Source of the DNA: Chitinophagaceae bacterium
GTDB taxonomy: Bacteria; Bacteroidota; Bacteroidia; Chitinophagales; Chitinophagaceae
Assembly (NCBI GenBank): GCA_947451935.1
Contig: CANGBH010000005.1
Coordinates: 2,685-66,684 of the forward strand
DNA length: 64,000 nt
Direction of reading: 5' to 3'
Every line of letters starts with the position of its first letter. Within the stretch, counting starts at the first letter, position 1. The notes below the pieces were generated by a model, which saw nothing but the letters and a program-made list of their open reading frames with translations, made no database searches and had not been told where the DNA came from. Positions 28,581 through 37,435 of the stretch are shown piece after piece. Made by a program: the position numbers and the translations under genes.

Positions 28581-29486
28581 TTAATATCCCCATTTTTTCA
28601 TGATATCTAGATCTTCTTTTGCACTATCAATAGGTGCTTTTCCTTGATAAGACTCTTGCTCAACAATGAAGTGCTTTGTTCCCCATTTTTTACCTAAGTC
28701 AATAATTTCTTTCACAGGAACTACTCCTTTACCTAGTATCGTGGATTCAAATTCATCATTCCCTTCTGTAGATTTGATTTCGTCTTTTACGTGCATAGAC
28801 TCGAATCTTCCTGGATATTTTTTCATAATATCCAATGCTTTTGCTCCTCCATTAATCATGTTTCCAATATCCAACTGCTGCATAACTAAGTTAGGGTCTG
28901 TTTCGCTCAAAATAATATCATACAGGGATTTGCCATCCAGTTGTTCTCTAAACTCAAAATCATGGTTATGGTATCCGAATTTCATTCCAGCTTTTTGGCA
29001 AAGCTCTCCTGATTTATTAAATACATTAAGAAAAGCCTTAAGTTCATTTACGTCTTTTCTCATGCTTTCTTCAATAGATGGACTGATTACGAATAGTTGA
29101 CCCATGGTTGCGGCGTCTTCTATAGTGTACTTCCAACCATCAGTAAAATCTTTCTTGGAGGCATCCCAATGCTTAGGGCTCATTACAGTATGTCCACTTG
29201 GCATCTTCATACCAAGGTCATTTAGAATTTTTTTAAATTCAGTTGCTGACCAACCATAAAATTTTCTATCTACATAATTTGCATGCTCAACATGCTTATA
29301 TCCCATGGCAGAAAGCTTTTGTAGCGTTCCTAGTGGGTCAGCTTTCATGTCGGCTCTTACTGAATAGAGTTGAATTCCTGTTAATTGTCCCTTTTTAGTG
29401 GCAGCAAAAATTTGCTCTTGTAAAAATGCTGTGCCAATGGCTGTAAGCGCAGCATTGTAAATAAATTTTCTTCTAGATTGTTTCAT
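28581..29486 (-). CDS. Sugar phosphate isomerase/epimerase (xylose-isomerase-like TIM barrel) with Tat signal
   Basis: Twin-arginine leader MKQSRRKFIYNAALTAIGTAF. AP-endonuclease-2/xylose-isomerase-like TIM barrel motifs (HNHDFEF, QESY). Confidence 0.78.
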   Translation of the reverse strand: MKQSRRKFIYNAALTAIGTAFLQEQIFAATKKGQLTGIQLYSVRADMKADPLGTLQKLSAMGYKHVEHANYVDRKFYGWSATEFKKILNDLGMKMPSGHTVMSPKHWDASKKDFTDGWKYTIEDAATMGQLFVISPSIEESMRKDVNELKAFLNVFNKSGELCQKAGMKFGYHNHDFEFREQLDGKSLYDIILSETDPNLVMQQLDIGNMINGGAKALDIMKKYPGRFESMHVKDEIKSTEGNDEFESTILGKGVVPVKEIIDLGKKWGTKHFIVEQESYQGKAPIDSAKEDLDIMKKWGY

Positions 29487-29500
29487 CTTGTATTTTTTTC

Positions 29501-29561
29501 TGAATCAATGATAGCATTAAGTTACGAAAATTGAACTGATTCTATTAGAAATGAATCAATG
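29501..29561. repeat. Perfect 10-nt direct repeat TGAATCAATG (29501-29510 and 29552-29561)
   Basis: Read directly from the 81-nt spacer between the uvrA stop and the start of the Tat-isomerase gene. Function unknown. Confidence 0.8.
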
Positions 29562-29567
29562 GCAAAT

Positions 29568-32387
29568 TTAGGGTTTAAGGAACCGAGCAGTCCTGCTAGA
29601 TTTGCATTGTCGCATTTTTTGTGGAATTCCAGCATAAACTAATTTGCCGCCTTCGTCTCCTGCTTCTGGGCCAAGTTCTATAACCCAATCTGCGGACTGT
29701 ATGACATCAATATTGTGTTCAATAACTATGATTGAGTGTCCCTGATCAATTAACGCATTAAATGATTTTAGTAATTTTTTGATGTCATGAAAGTGTAATC
29801 CAGTTGTGGGTTCATCAAAAATAAATAGAATCTTATCTTGATGCCCTTTCCCTTTACCTAGAAAGCTTGCTAATTTAACGCGTTGTGCCTCACCACCTGA
29901 TAGGGTATTGCTGGATTGCCCAAGTTTTATATATCCCAATCCCACATCACTGAGTGGTTTTAATTTATTAGCAACGTCTTTTTCGTCGATAAAGAATTCG
30001 ATTGCGTCATCAACGCTTAGTTCAAGTATTTCAAAAATGTTCTTGCTTTTATACTGTACCTCTAGTACTTCTTCTTTGAATTTTTTCCCGCCACAGCTTT
30101 CGCACACTAGATGTACATCAGCTAGAAATTGCATCTCAACTGTTTGTTCTCCTTCTCCTTTGCAGGCATCACAGCGTCCTCCATCTACATTGAATGAAAA
30201 ATGCTTGGGTAAGTAGCCTCTTATTTTACTTAAGGATTGTGAGGCAAAGAGGTCTCTAACGCCATCCCATGCTTTAATATACGTAACGGGATTACTTCTA
30301 GATGATTTGCCAATTGGATTCTGATCAATCATTTCAACATGTTTGATGAGATTAATGTCTCCTGATATGGCTTTATGTTGTCCTGCTTTGTCAGAAATTC
30401 CTGTGATATTTTTTTCTAAGGCAGGGAATAATATTTTTTTGATGAGTGTAGTTTTTCCACTTCCACTAACCCCACTCACCACAGTTAATATGCCTAGGGG
30501 AAATTCAACATCAATATGTTGAAGGTTGTTTTCGTAAGCACCAAGCACTTGTATGGATTGTTTCCATTTTCTTACTTCTTTGGGAGGTTCAATTTTTTCA
30601 TCACCTCTCAAGTAAGCACCGGTTAAACTTCGGGGAGATTTTATTAATTCATTATAATTTCCTGCAGCTACTACTTCACCTCCCAGATGACTAGCAAATG
30701 GCCCCATATCTATAATATAATCAGACTCCCGCATAATTTGCTCATCATGTTCAACCACCACAACGGTATTTCCAAGATCGCGTAAGTTTTTTAATACTTT
30801 AATTAATCGTTCTGTATCACGACTATGCAATCCAATAGATGGTTCGTCAAGAATATATAGAGAGTTGGTTAGGTTGCTGCCTAGACAACGGGTAAGTTGT
30901 ATGCGTTGACTTTCACCTCCGCTTAGGCTATTTGCCAATCGTTCTAGTGTTAGGTATCCAAGTCCAACATCAAGCATGGTCTCAAGGCGTTGCGTGAGTT
31001 CTAGCATGATTCGTTTCGCAACTGCCGATTTATAGGAGCTCAGTTTTAAATTTTTGAGCCAATCTGCCAAGTCTCTTACTGGCATTCTGCAAAGTTCTCC
31101 TATATGAAGTCCATTTATCTTTATATATAGAGCCTCCTGTCTTAACCTATAGCCCTGACAGTCATGGCAAATTGTTCTGCCTCTGTATCGAGATAGCATG
31201 ACTCTGAATTGAACCTTATACAGATTCTCTTCAACTTCCTTGAAGAAGTCATTAATTCCATGCGCGTGTTTATTTCCTTTCCAGAGAATATCTTTCTCTG
31301 CTGTGCTGAGTTCTGAATATGGTCGATGGATAGGAAAGTCGAAATGTTTTGACCCTTTTATAAATTGTTCCCTCCACCAATTCATTTTTTCTCCTTTCCA
31401 TGGTGCAATGGCTCCATCAAAAACACTTAGTCTGTGGTCTGGCACAACAAGATCTGCATCAATCCCAAGTACTTGAGAATATCCTTCACAGGTTGGGCAT
31501 GCACCATATGGATTATTGAATGAAAATAAGTTGGGTACAGGTTCTTCAAATTTGATGCCATCCATCTCAAACTTATTTGAATACCTGATTGGGGGTTCAT
31601 CATTTCGCTTTATATATAAAACCCCTTCGCCTTCATAAAAAGCTAGAGATAATGAATCTAAAATTCTATTTTCCTCATCTTCTTCAAAATCTTTTACTAC
31701 AAATCGATCTATCAACAAATAGGTGTCTTGATTTGGCTTCCATTTCTTTAGAGCTATTAATTCTTCAATTTGAAGAATTTCATTTTTATCATTCAAGAAA
31801 AGTCTTGAAAATCCTTTTTGCATTAATATACTAAGCTCTTCTTCTACTTTTCTGTTTTTAGAAATGATAAATGGAACTAGTAAATATATTTTATCTGAAT
31901 TATGGAATGTTTGAATACTCTTTAATACGTCTGTTGTATCGTCTTTCTTTACTTCCTTACCAGATATCGGTGATAGGGTTGTACCTACTCTAGCATATAA
32001 CAGTTTTAAGTAATCATAAATCTCAGTCATGCTACCTACAGTAGATCGGGGTGTACGTGAAACAACTTTTTGTTCGATGGCAACAGCAGGACAAAGTCCA
32101 GAAATATAATCAACATCTGGCTTGTCAAGGCGCATTAAAAATTGTCTTGCATAAGCACTTAAACTCTCTGCATACCTTCTTTGACCCTCTGCAAACAGTG
32201 TATCGATGGTCAATGATGATTTTCCGGAACCGGAAACTCCCGTAACTACGATGAGTTTATTCCTAGGTATTTCTACGTTTACGTTTCGTAGATTATGCAT
32301 ACGCGCCCCATGAATGTAAATGGAGTCATGAGGTGTAATTTTTTTTGCTGATGTAATGTTTTCCTTTACTGGCTTGACTTTTGACAT
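29568..32387 (-). CDS. uvrA: Excinuclease ABC subunit UvrA
   Basis: 939 aa. Two ABC modules (GVSGSGKSS and GVSGSGKTT Walker A, LSGGESQR / LSGGEAQR signatures) and zinc-finger cysteines. Confidence 0.96.
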   Translation of the reverse strand: MSKVKPVKENITSAKKITPHDSIYIHGARMHNLRNVNVEIPRNKLIVVTGVSGSGKSSLTIDTLFAEGQRRYAESLSAYARQFLMRLDKPDVDYISGLCPAVAIEQKVVSRTPRSTVGSMTEIYDYLKLLYARVGTTLSPISGKEVKKDDTTDVLKSIQTFHNSDKIYLLVPFIISKNRKVEEELSILMQKGFSRLFLNDKNEILQIEELIALKKWKPNQDTYLLIDRFVVKDFEEDEENRILDSLSLAFYEGEGVLYIKRNDEPPIRYSNKFEMDGIKFEEPVPNLFSFNNPYGACPTCEGYSQVLGIDADLVVPDHRLSVFDGAIAPWKGEKMNWWREQFIKGSKHFDFPIHRPYSELSTAEKDILWKGNKHAHGINDFFKEVEENLYKVQFRVMLSRYRGRTICHDCQGYRLRQEALYIKINGLHIGELCRMPVRDLADWLKNLKLSSYKSAVAKRIMLELTQRLETMLDVGLGYLTLERLANSLSGGESQRIQLTRCLGSNLTNSLYILDEPSIGLHSRDTERLIKVLKNLRDLGNTVVVVEHDEQIMRESDYIIDMGPFASHLGGEVVAAGNYNELIKSPRSLTGAYLRGDEKIEPPKEVRKWKQSIQVLGAYENNLQHIDVEFPLGILTVVSGVSGSGKTTLIKKILFPALEKNITGISDKAGQHKAISGDINLIKHVEMIDQNPIGKSSRSNPVTYIKAWDGVRDLFASQSLSKIRGYLPKHFSFNVDGGRCDACKGEGEQTVEMQFLADVHLVCESCGGKKFKEEVLEVQYKSKNIFEILELSVDDAIEFFIDEKDVANKLKPLSDVGLGYIKLGQSSNTLSGGEAQRVKLASFLGKGKGHQDKILFIFDEPTTGLHFHDIKKLLKSFNALIDQGHSIIVIEHNIDVIQSADWVIELGPEAGDEGGKLVYAGIPQKMRQCKSSRTARFLKP

Positions 32388-32654
32388 AATGATTTCACAA
32401 AGATAATGGGAATGTGGCTAATGCTAAATACGTAGTTTTCCCATGCCCTTAACATAGTGTTGACATTTATACGCTTAAGGGGCCTACAACAAAATACGTA
32501 TTTGCTAAAAATAACTTCTTAAAAACTTTGTGCAACTTTCAATTAGTCTAGTTTTGACATACGGTATCGCTGAAATGAATGAGCAGACAACAAATTAGTT
32601 CACCAATTTTTTCGATATCAACCAATCCAAATCCAAACCAAAAAAACCATTCAA

Positions 32655-33239
32655 ATGAAATCCATTACAACCCTAACCGACCAACAGCTGATTCAGCTTT
32701 TTATTAACGGAAATTCCGAAGCATTGGAAGAGTTGATAAAAAGACACAAAGACAGAATCTTTACGTCTATTGTATTGCTTGTAAAAGACAAAAATCTTGC
32801 GGAAGATATTTTCCAAGATGCATTTATAAGAATAATAGACACACTACGTACCGGAAACTATACTGACGAAGGTAAATTTTTACCTTGGGCATTGAGAATC
32901 GCGCATAATCTTTGTGTTGACCACTTCAGAAAAGTAAAGCGTTCTCCTCTAGTTCAGAACAACAATGAAGATTTCGACATCTTTGAAACCATTAATGTGT
33001 CTGAAGAAGGCATTGATGGTAAAATAATGAAGTCACAGAGCCACGCTAAGGTGCGCCAGATGCTTGATATGTTGCCTGAAGACCAGAGGGAAGTAATTGT
33101 AATGAGGCATTTTGCTAATCTTAGCTTCAAGGAAATTTCTGAAAAAACCAATTGCAGCATTAATACAGCTTTAGGAAGAATGCGCTATGGTTTGATTAAT
33201 CTTCGCAAGATGATGGTAGAACATCAAGTAGCATTGTAA
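32655..33239 (+). CDS. ECF-type RNA polymerase sigma-70 family factor
   Basis: 194 aa. Region 2 (DIFQDAFIRI ... WALRIAHNLCVDHFRK) and region 4 (REVIVMRHFANLSFKEISEKTNCSINTALGRMRYGL). Confidence 0.85.
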   Translation: MKSITTLTDQQLIQLFINGNSEALEELIKRHKDRIFTSIVLLVKDKNLAEDIFQDAFIRIIDTLRTGNYTDEGKFLPWALRIAHNLCVDHFRKVKRSPLVQNNNEDFDIFETINVSEEGIDGKIMKSQSHAKVRQMLDMLPEDQREVIVMRHFANLSFKEISEKTNCSINTALGRMRYGLINLRKMMVEHQVAL

Positions 33240-33262
33240 ACTTAAGAATCGATTTATATATT

Positions 33263-33288
33263 AAAGGGGCAGTTTCTGCCCTTTTTTT
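33263..33288 (+). terminator. Intrinsic terminator after the sigma factor gene
   Basis: Stem GGGCAG / CTGCCC followed by a run of 7 T. The T-run abuts the stop codon of the convergent dsbD-like gene. Confidence 0.55.
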
Positions 33289-35218
33289 ATTTAGAGCTAT
33301 TGAGCTCTTTAAATGCATCAAATCCACATTGTAACCATGCAGCATATTCGGTAGAATTCGGAGTATATCCAATTGGAGTAGTAAGAAGCTGCTCATTCGG
33401 TGATATTAGCGCATATAGTGGTTGAGAACTGGCATTAAAGTTTTCAGTTTCAAATACTCCCCATTTATCGCCCACTGTAGTAATGTGAATGGTTGTTCCA
33501 GATTTTGTTGTATAATTTGATTGTTGATCAGCGGGTAATATGCGCTTGTCGTCAACATAAAGAGATACTAAAATGAATTTCTCCATAACACTTCTTACTT
33601 CTGGCTTAATCCATACATTTTCTTCCATTTTCCTACAATTAACACAAGCCCATCCGGTAAAATCTATCAGTATAGGTTTATTGAGTTTTTGGGAAAGTGC
33701 TAATGCCTCATTATAATCTTTTAATGGTTCCTCACAATTTACAGGGGCTGCATATACACTATAGCAAGCTGGTGGAGGGAAACCACTTACGATATTAAGG
33801 TTTGCCCATTTTGTATTAGTTATGCCAGGTAGAAGATAGAGCGTAAATAATAGGACTATTAAACCGAGTATTTTTCTTGCTGGGTGAATCTTTTCTGACT
33901 TGGATTCATGAGGGAAATGTATCAAGCCGAGTAGATACAGAAATAGTGCGATGAAAATGATAATCCAGACCCCAAAGAATATTTCTCTTTTCACAATAGA
34001 CCAGTGTGCAACTAGATCTGCATTTGATAAAAATTTCAGGGCTAATGCTAATTCAATGAAACCTAAAATGACTTTAACGGTATTTAACCAACCACCACTT
34101 TTAGGAAGTGAATTCAGCCAATGCGGAAAAAGGGCAAATAATCCGAAGGGAAGTCCTAAGGCTAATCCAAATCCGGCAAGGCCTGCTGTGAGTGGCCAGG
34201 CTCCTTCTGTGGCAGTACCAACAAGCAGCGTACCAAGTATAGGGCCCGTACATGAAAAGGATACTATAGCCAAGGTAAGGGCCATAAAGAATACTCCAGT
34301 GATACCAGATCCCTGTTTGGCATAAGTAGAGTTGGCAAGACCACCCGGTAGGGTAATTTCATAAAATCCAAAAAAGGATATGGCAAAAAAGATAAAAATG
34401 GCAAAGAAAGCAACATTGAGGTATACATTGGTTGCAATGTCATTATAGATTGTTGGGCTTACATTTCCTATTAAGTGAAATGGGATACTAAATGCTGAGT
34501 AAATTAAAAAGATGAAAAAGCCATAAAGTATCGCGAGTTTTTTGCCTGAACCCTTATGGCTGCTGTGTTTTGTAAAAAATGAGACCGTTAATGGAACCAT
34601 AGGGAAGACACATGGCGTAATCAGGGCAACTAGACCTCCAAGTATACCTAAGAGAAAAATACCCCACAAACTGCTTTGTTTTTCTTCTGTGGTTGCTCCG
34701 CAAGTACGGACTGGTTTTGAAGGGTCTAAACCCGGGATTAATATCCTTGATGTATTGCTTTTCCCTCCCAATAGTGGTATGGTGAATTTTTCTACTTCTC
34801 CAGGATAAAATGCATCGCCCTTTCCATAAGTGAAACTTAGGCTAGTCTGTATATCTCCGGGAACTATGCTAGCAAACTCAATGGTAGCTTCAAGACTAAC
34901 TTTATTTTTAAATACTTCAAATTGCTGTTGTTCAAACAAGTCACTTTTGATTTTTTCTGAAACCCCTAAAGCCGTTAGTTTTTCGAGAATTTTAATGGAT
35001 GGATCTGAAAGGGTGAGGGCAGCAGCCTCTATGCCCTCAAATGTTGAAGAGGGGGAATAAATTTCCCAATGTTCATCGTTGTTGGTTTCAAAAACCAACT
35101 TGTATTTAGTTGTCGAAATTTTCTCTGATCTGGCATTCCAATGAAGGCCACCTTGACCCTGACCCATCAAAGACAATGTAAGCAACAAGGCTAGGGCTAG
35201 GGCTTTATATTTTAGCAT
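33287..35218 (-). CDS. dsbD: DsbD-family protein-disulfide reductase (Cys-less alpha-like domain + CcdA-type membrane core + thioredoxin domain)
   Basis: Signal peptide. Membrane-core cysteines in LITPCVFPMVPL and VSFSCTGPILG. C-terminal thioredoxin CxxC (FTGWACVNCRKME). Confidence 0.85.
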   Translation of the reverse strand: MLKYKALALALLLTLSLMGQGQGGLHWNARSEKISTTKYKLVFETNNDEHWEIYSPSSTFEGIEAAALTLSDPSIKILEKLTALGVSEKIKSDLFEQQQFEVFKNKVSLEATIEFASIVPGDIQTSLSFTYGKGDAFYPGEVEKFTIPLLGGKSNTSRILIPGLDPSKPVRTCGATTEEKQSSLWGIFLLGILGGLVALITPCVFPMVPLTVSFFTKHSSHKGSGKKLAILYGFFIFLIYSAFSIPFHLIGNVSPTIYNDIATNVYLNVAFFAIFIFFAISFFGFYEITLPGGLANSTYAKQGSGITGVFFMALTLAIVSFSCTGPILGTLLVGTATEGAWPLTAGLAGFGLALGLPFGLFALFPHWLNSLPKSGGWLNTVKVILGFIELALALKFLSNADLVAHWSIVKREIFFGVWIIIFIALFLYLLGLIHFPHESKSEKIHPARKILGLIVLLFTLYLLPGITNTKWANLNIVSGFPPPACYSVYAAPVNCEEPLKDYNEALALSQKLNKPILIDFTGWACVNCRKMEENVWIKPEVRSVMEKFILVSLYVDDKRILPADQQSNYTTKSGTTIHITTVGDKWGVFETENFNASSQPLYALISPNEQLLTTPIGYTPNSTEYAAWLQCGFDAFKELNSSK

Positions 35219-35236
35219 GAGGGTTATTGTATAGGG

Positions 35237-35704
35237 TTATCCTCCTATGGGTATTTTGAAATTAAATTCTGATGTGGGTAGACAAAGTTGGTCATTGCAG
35301 ACCGTGTATACTACTTTTCCATTCAGGTTTGTTTTAGCCTTGGTTTTGGCATTTACTACCTGCACAAAGGTTACTGTCTTTTCATAAAAATTTACATTAC
35401 CGGGCCAGGCTTCTTCATATTTCGTAATTTTCTTTCCTTGTTCAATAAGTTTTCCATCCATCTTCAATAATGGATTTGGCTGATAGGCTATTGTGGTTGC
35501 GGGAGGATCTTCAACAGGTTGCTCTTGAGAATACAAGTGGAAATTGCCTGCAATAGTTGCCGTGAGGCGAATTTCATATTTTTTATCCCCTACTTTTTTT
35601 ACGGCAGTGGTCCAACTTACTTGTTTGGCTGAACCAAACTGCGCAAAGCTTCCTTTGGTTAGGCCGAGGAAAAGTAAGCAAAGTAGAATGTTGATTTTAT
35701 ACAT
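35237..35704 (-). CDS. Stand-alone DsbD N-terminal (alpha) domain protein, secreted
   Basis: 155 aa with a signal peptide. Beta-rich. Cys pair in YTVCNDQLCLPTSE resembles the DsbD-alpha active-site stretch. Lies 18 nt upstream of dsbD on the same strand. Confidence 0.68.
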   Translation of the reverse strand: MYKINILLCLLFLGLTKGSFAQFGSAKQVSWTTAVKKVGDKKYEIRLTATIAGNFHLYSQEQPVEDPPATTIAYQPNPLLKMDGKLIEQGKKITKYEEAWPGNVNFYEKTVTFVQVVNAKTKAKTNLNGKVVYTVCNDQLCLPTSEFNFKIPIGG

Positions 35705-35713
35705 AATTATATT

Positions 35714-36397
35714 TTACGACAGAATAGCTTCTTTGATATGATTCAAGAATAAGCTTTGGAAAACCGTTTTTCCATCGATGTTATTTAGTTTTTCAGCGCA
35801 TGCCCTTTCAGGATGGGGCATCATGCCAAATACAGTTCTTTCTTTATTGCAGATACCAGCTATATTGTAAGCAGCTCCATTTGGATTAGCTTCCGGTGTG
35901 ATAGCTCCATCTGCATCACAATAGCGATAGATTACTTGGTTATTTTTGATTAGTTCTTGAAGTGTATTTTCATCTGCATGAAATCGTCCTTCCCCATGTG
36001 CAATAGGTATCATGAGTGGCTTTTTTTCTTCACCTATAATAAAGACATTTTTACATATAAATTGTTGATTGGCATTTTTTAAAAGCACGCCTGGAAGCAA
36101 TCCAGACTCACATAAAATTTGAAAGCCGTTGCACACACCAAATACTTTTCCACCTCGTTGAGCAAAAGCTATTGTTTGTTGCATCATCGGACTAAACCTA
36201 GCGATAGCACCACATCTAAGGTAGTCGCCAAAAGAAAATCCTCCAGGTAATATGATGCAGTCTTCTGTTGTGAATGACGATAAATCATTGTCTTTGTGCC
36301 AAAGCTCAATTACTTCCTGTCCAAGGTCATTTCGTAACGCTCCAACCATATCTTGATCGCAATTGGAACCCGGGAAAATAATAACACCAAACTTCAT
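35714..36397 (-). CDS. purQ: Phosphoribosylformylglycinamidine synthase subunit PurQ (glutaminase)
   Basis: 227 aa. MKFGVIIFPGSNCD, catalytic GVCNGFQIL and MPHPER motifs. Confidence 0.92.
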   Translation of the reverse strand: MKFGVIIFPGSNCDQDMVGALRNDLGQEVIELWHKDNDLSSFTTEDCIILPGGFSFGDYLRCGAIARFSPMMQQTIAFAQRGGKVFGVCNGFQILCESGLLPGVLLKNANQQFICKNVFIIGEEKKPLMIPIAHGEGRFHADENTLQELIKNNQVIYRYCDADGAITPEANPNGAAYNIAGICNKERTVFGMMPHPERACAEKLNNIDGKTVFQSLFLNHIKEAILS

Positions 36398-36459
36398 AAT
36401 AGGTCTATTTAATGCAAATTTATAACCTTTCTGTCAATGTGCTGATAAGACTGAAAAGT

Positions 36460-37425
36460 TTAACCAATTAAGCAAAGAAATAATACAATCAAGAGTAATA
36501 AATTGGGTAAAAATGCACGCTTTGATGATCCAAATAAGGGTGAAGCCAAAATAGAGGCTGGTATGGTAATAATGAAAAAGCTAAAAGGTGCGTGTTCAAT
36601 CCGTAAGAAGGCCATTAAACTGCTGGCTAGAAATAACAAAAAGATTATGGTATGCACTCTTCTAGCTTGTATGAGCATCTTAGTTAAATTATTGAAATAG
36701 TAAATAAAGCCAAATAATGGCAAGACAAAGAAAAAGGCTGATCGTATCCAAAATGGAGTAGGCAAATGAGGAAACTTTAAGTCTGCTTTTTGAAAGTGAA
36801 AGATTGTCCCTAAATCTAAACTATTCGCTAAGTAAAGGCCTGCTATTAAAAAATAGTAGGGTAGAACAAATCCTGTTATCATTAACATCCATTCTCTTAG
36901 GGATGCAGGACGCATAATAAACAAAGCGCCACTTAGCCATAAAAAAAGTGGAAGATTGCCTGGACTAAAACCGGCAATGATGCCAGCAGTAAAACTGGCC
37001 AATAGAATAGCGCTGTTTGGTTTATCTTTTTTGTAGAAGGCTGCAATATTGTTAAGAACAATCAGTATCAGTCCGTTAGTTAATAAATTGTATGATTGGT
37101 ATTGAGCAGGAATTAAGCTTGAAAACAGTACAAAGCATAGTGCAGGAATAAACCCCGGACGGTCAATTAGTTTTATATCCGTAATGATTTTATTCAGTGC
37201 AAGTGCTTCAGTTAAAATTATGATTATGGATAAAATTGAATTCCAAATAGATTTTGTCTCAAAAAAATGATTGGTTGCTTTTTGAAACAAATCTCCTAAT
37301 GGTTCATGCTCTATAGGTATATTCAATACTAATTGCGAAGAAGGGGCATGAAAATGCGGAATTGCTGCAATACATGCCAGTATTAGGAGTGCAAGAGGGT
37401 TATTATTTTTGAAAAGTTGAATCAC
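36460..37425 (-). CDS. Uncharacterised polytopic membrane protein (about 9-10 TM)
   Basis: 321-aa ORF made almost entirely of hydrophobic helices. GTG start. Begins 10 nt after the stop of the upstream secreted-protein gene. No motif I recognise. Confidence 0.6.
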   Translation of the reverse strand: MIQLFKNNNPLALLILACIAAIPHFHAPSSQLVLNIPIEHEPLGDLFQKATNHFFETKSIWNSILSIIIILTEALALNKIITDIKLIDRPGFIPALCFVLFSSLIPAQYQSYNLLTNGLILIVLNNIAAFYKKDKPNSAILLASFTAGIIAGFSPGNLPLFLWLSGALFIMRPASLREWMLMITGFVLPYYFLIAGLYLANSLDLGTIFHFQKADLKFPHLPTPFWIRSAFFFVLPLFGFIYYFNNLTKMLIQARRVHTIIFLLFLASSLMAFLRIEHAPFSFFIITIPASILASPLFGSSKRAFLPNLLLLIVLFLCLIG

Positions 37426-37435
37426 GCGCTGTGTA

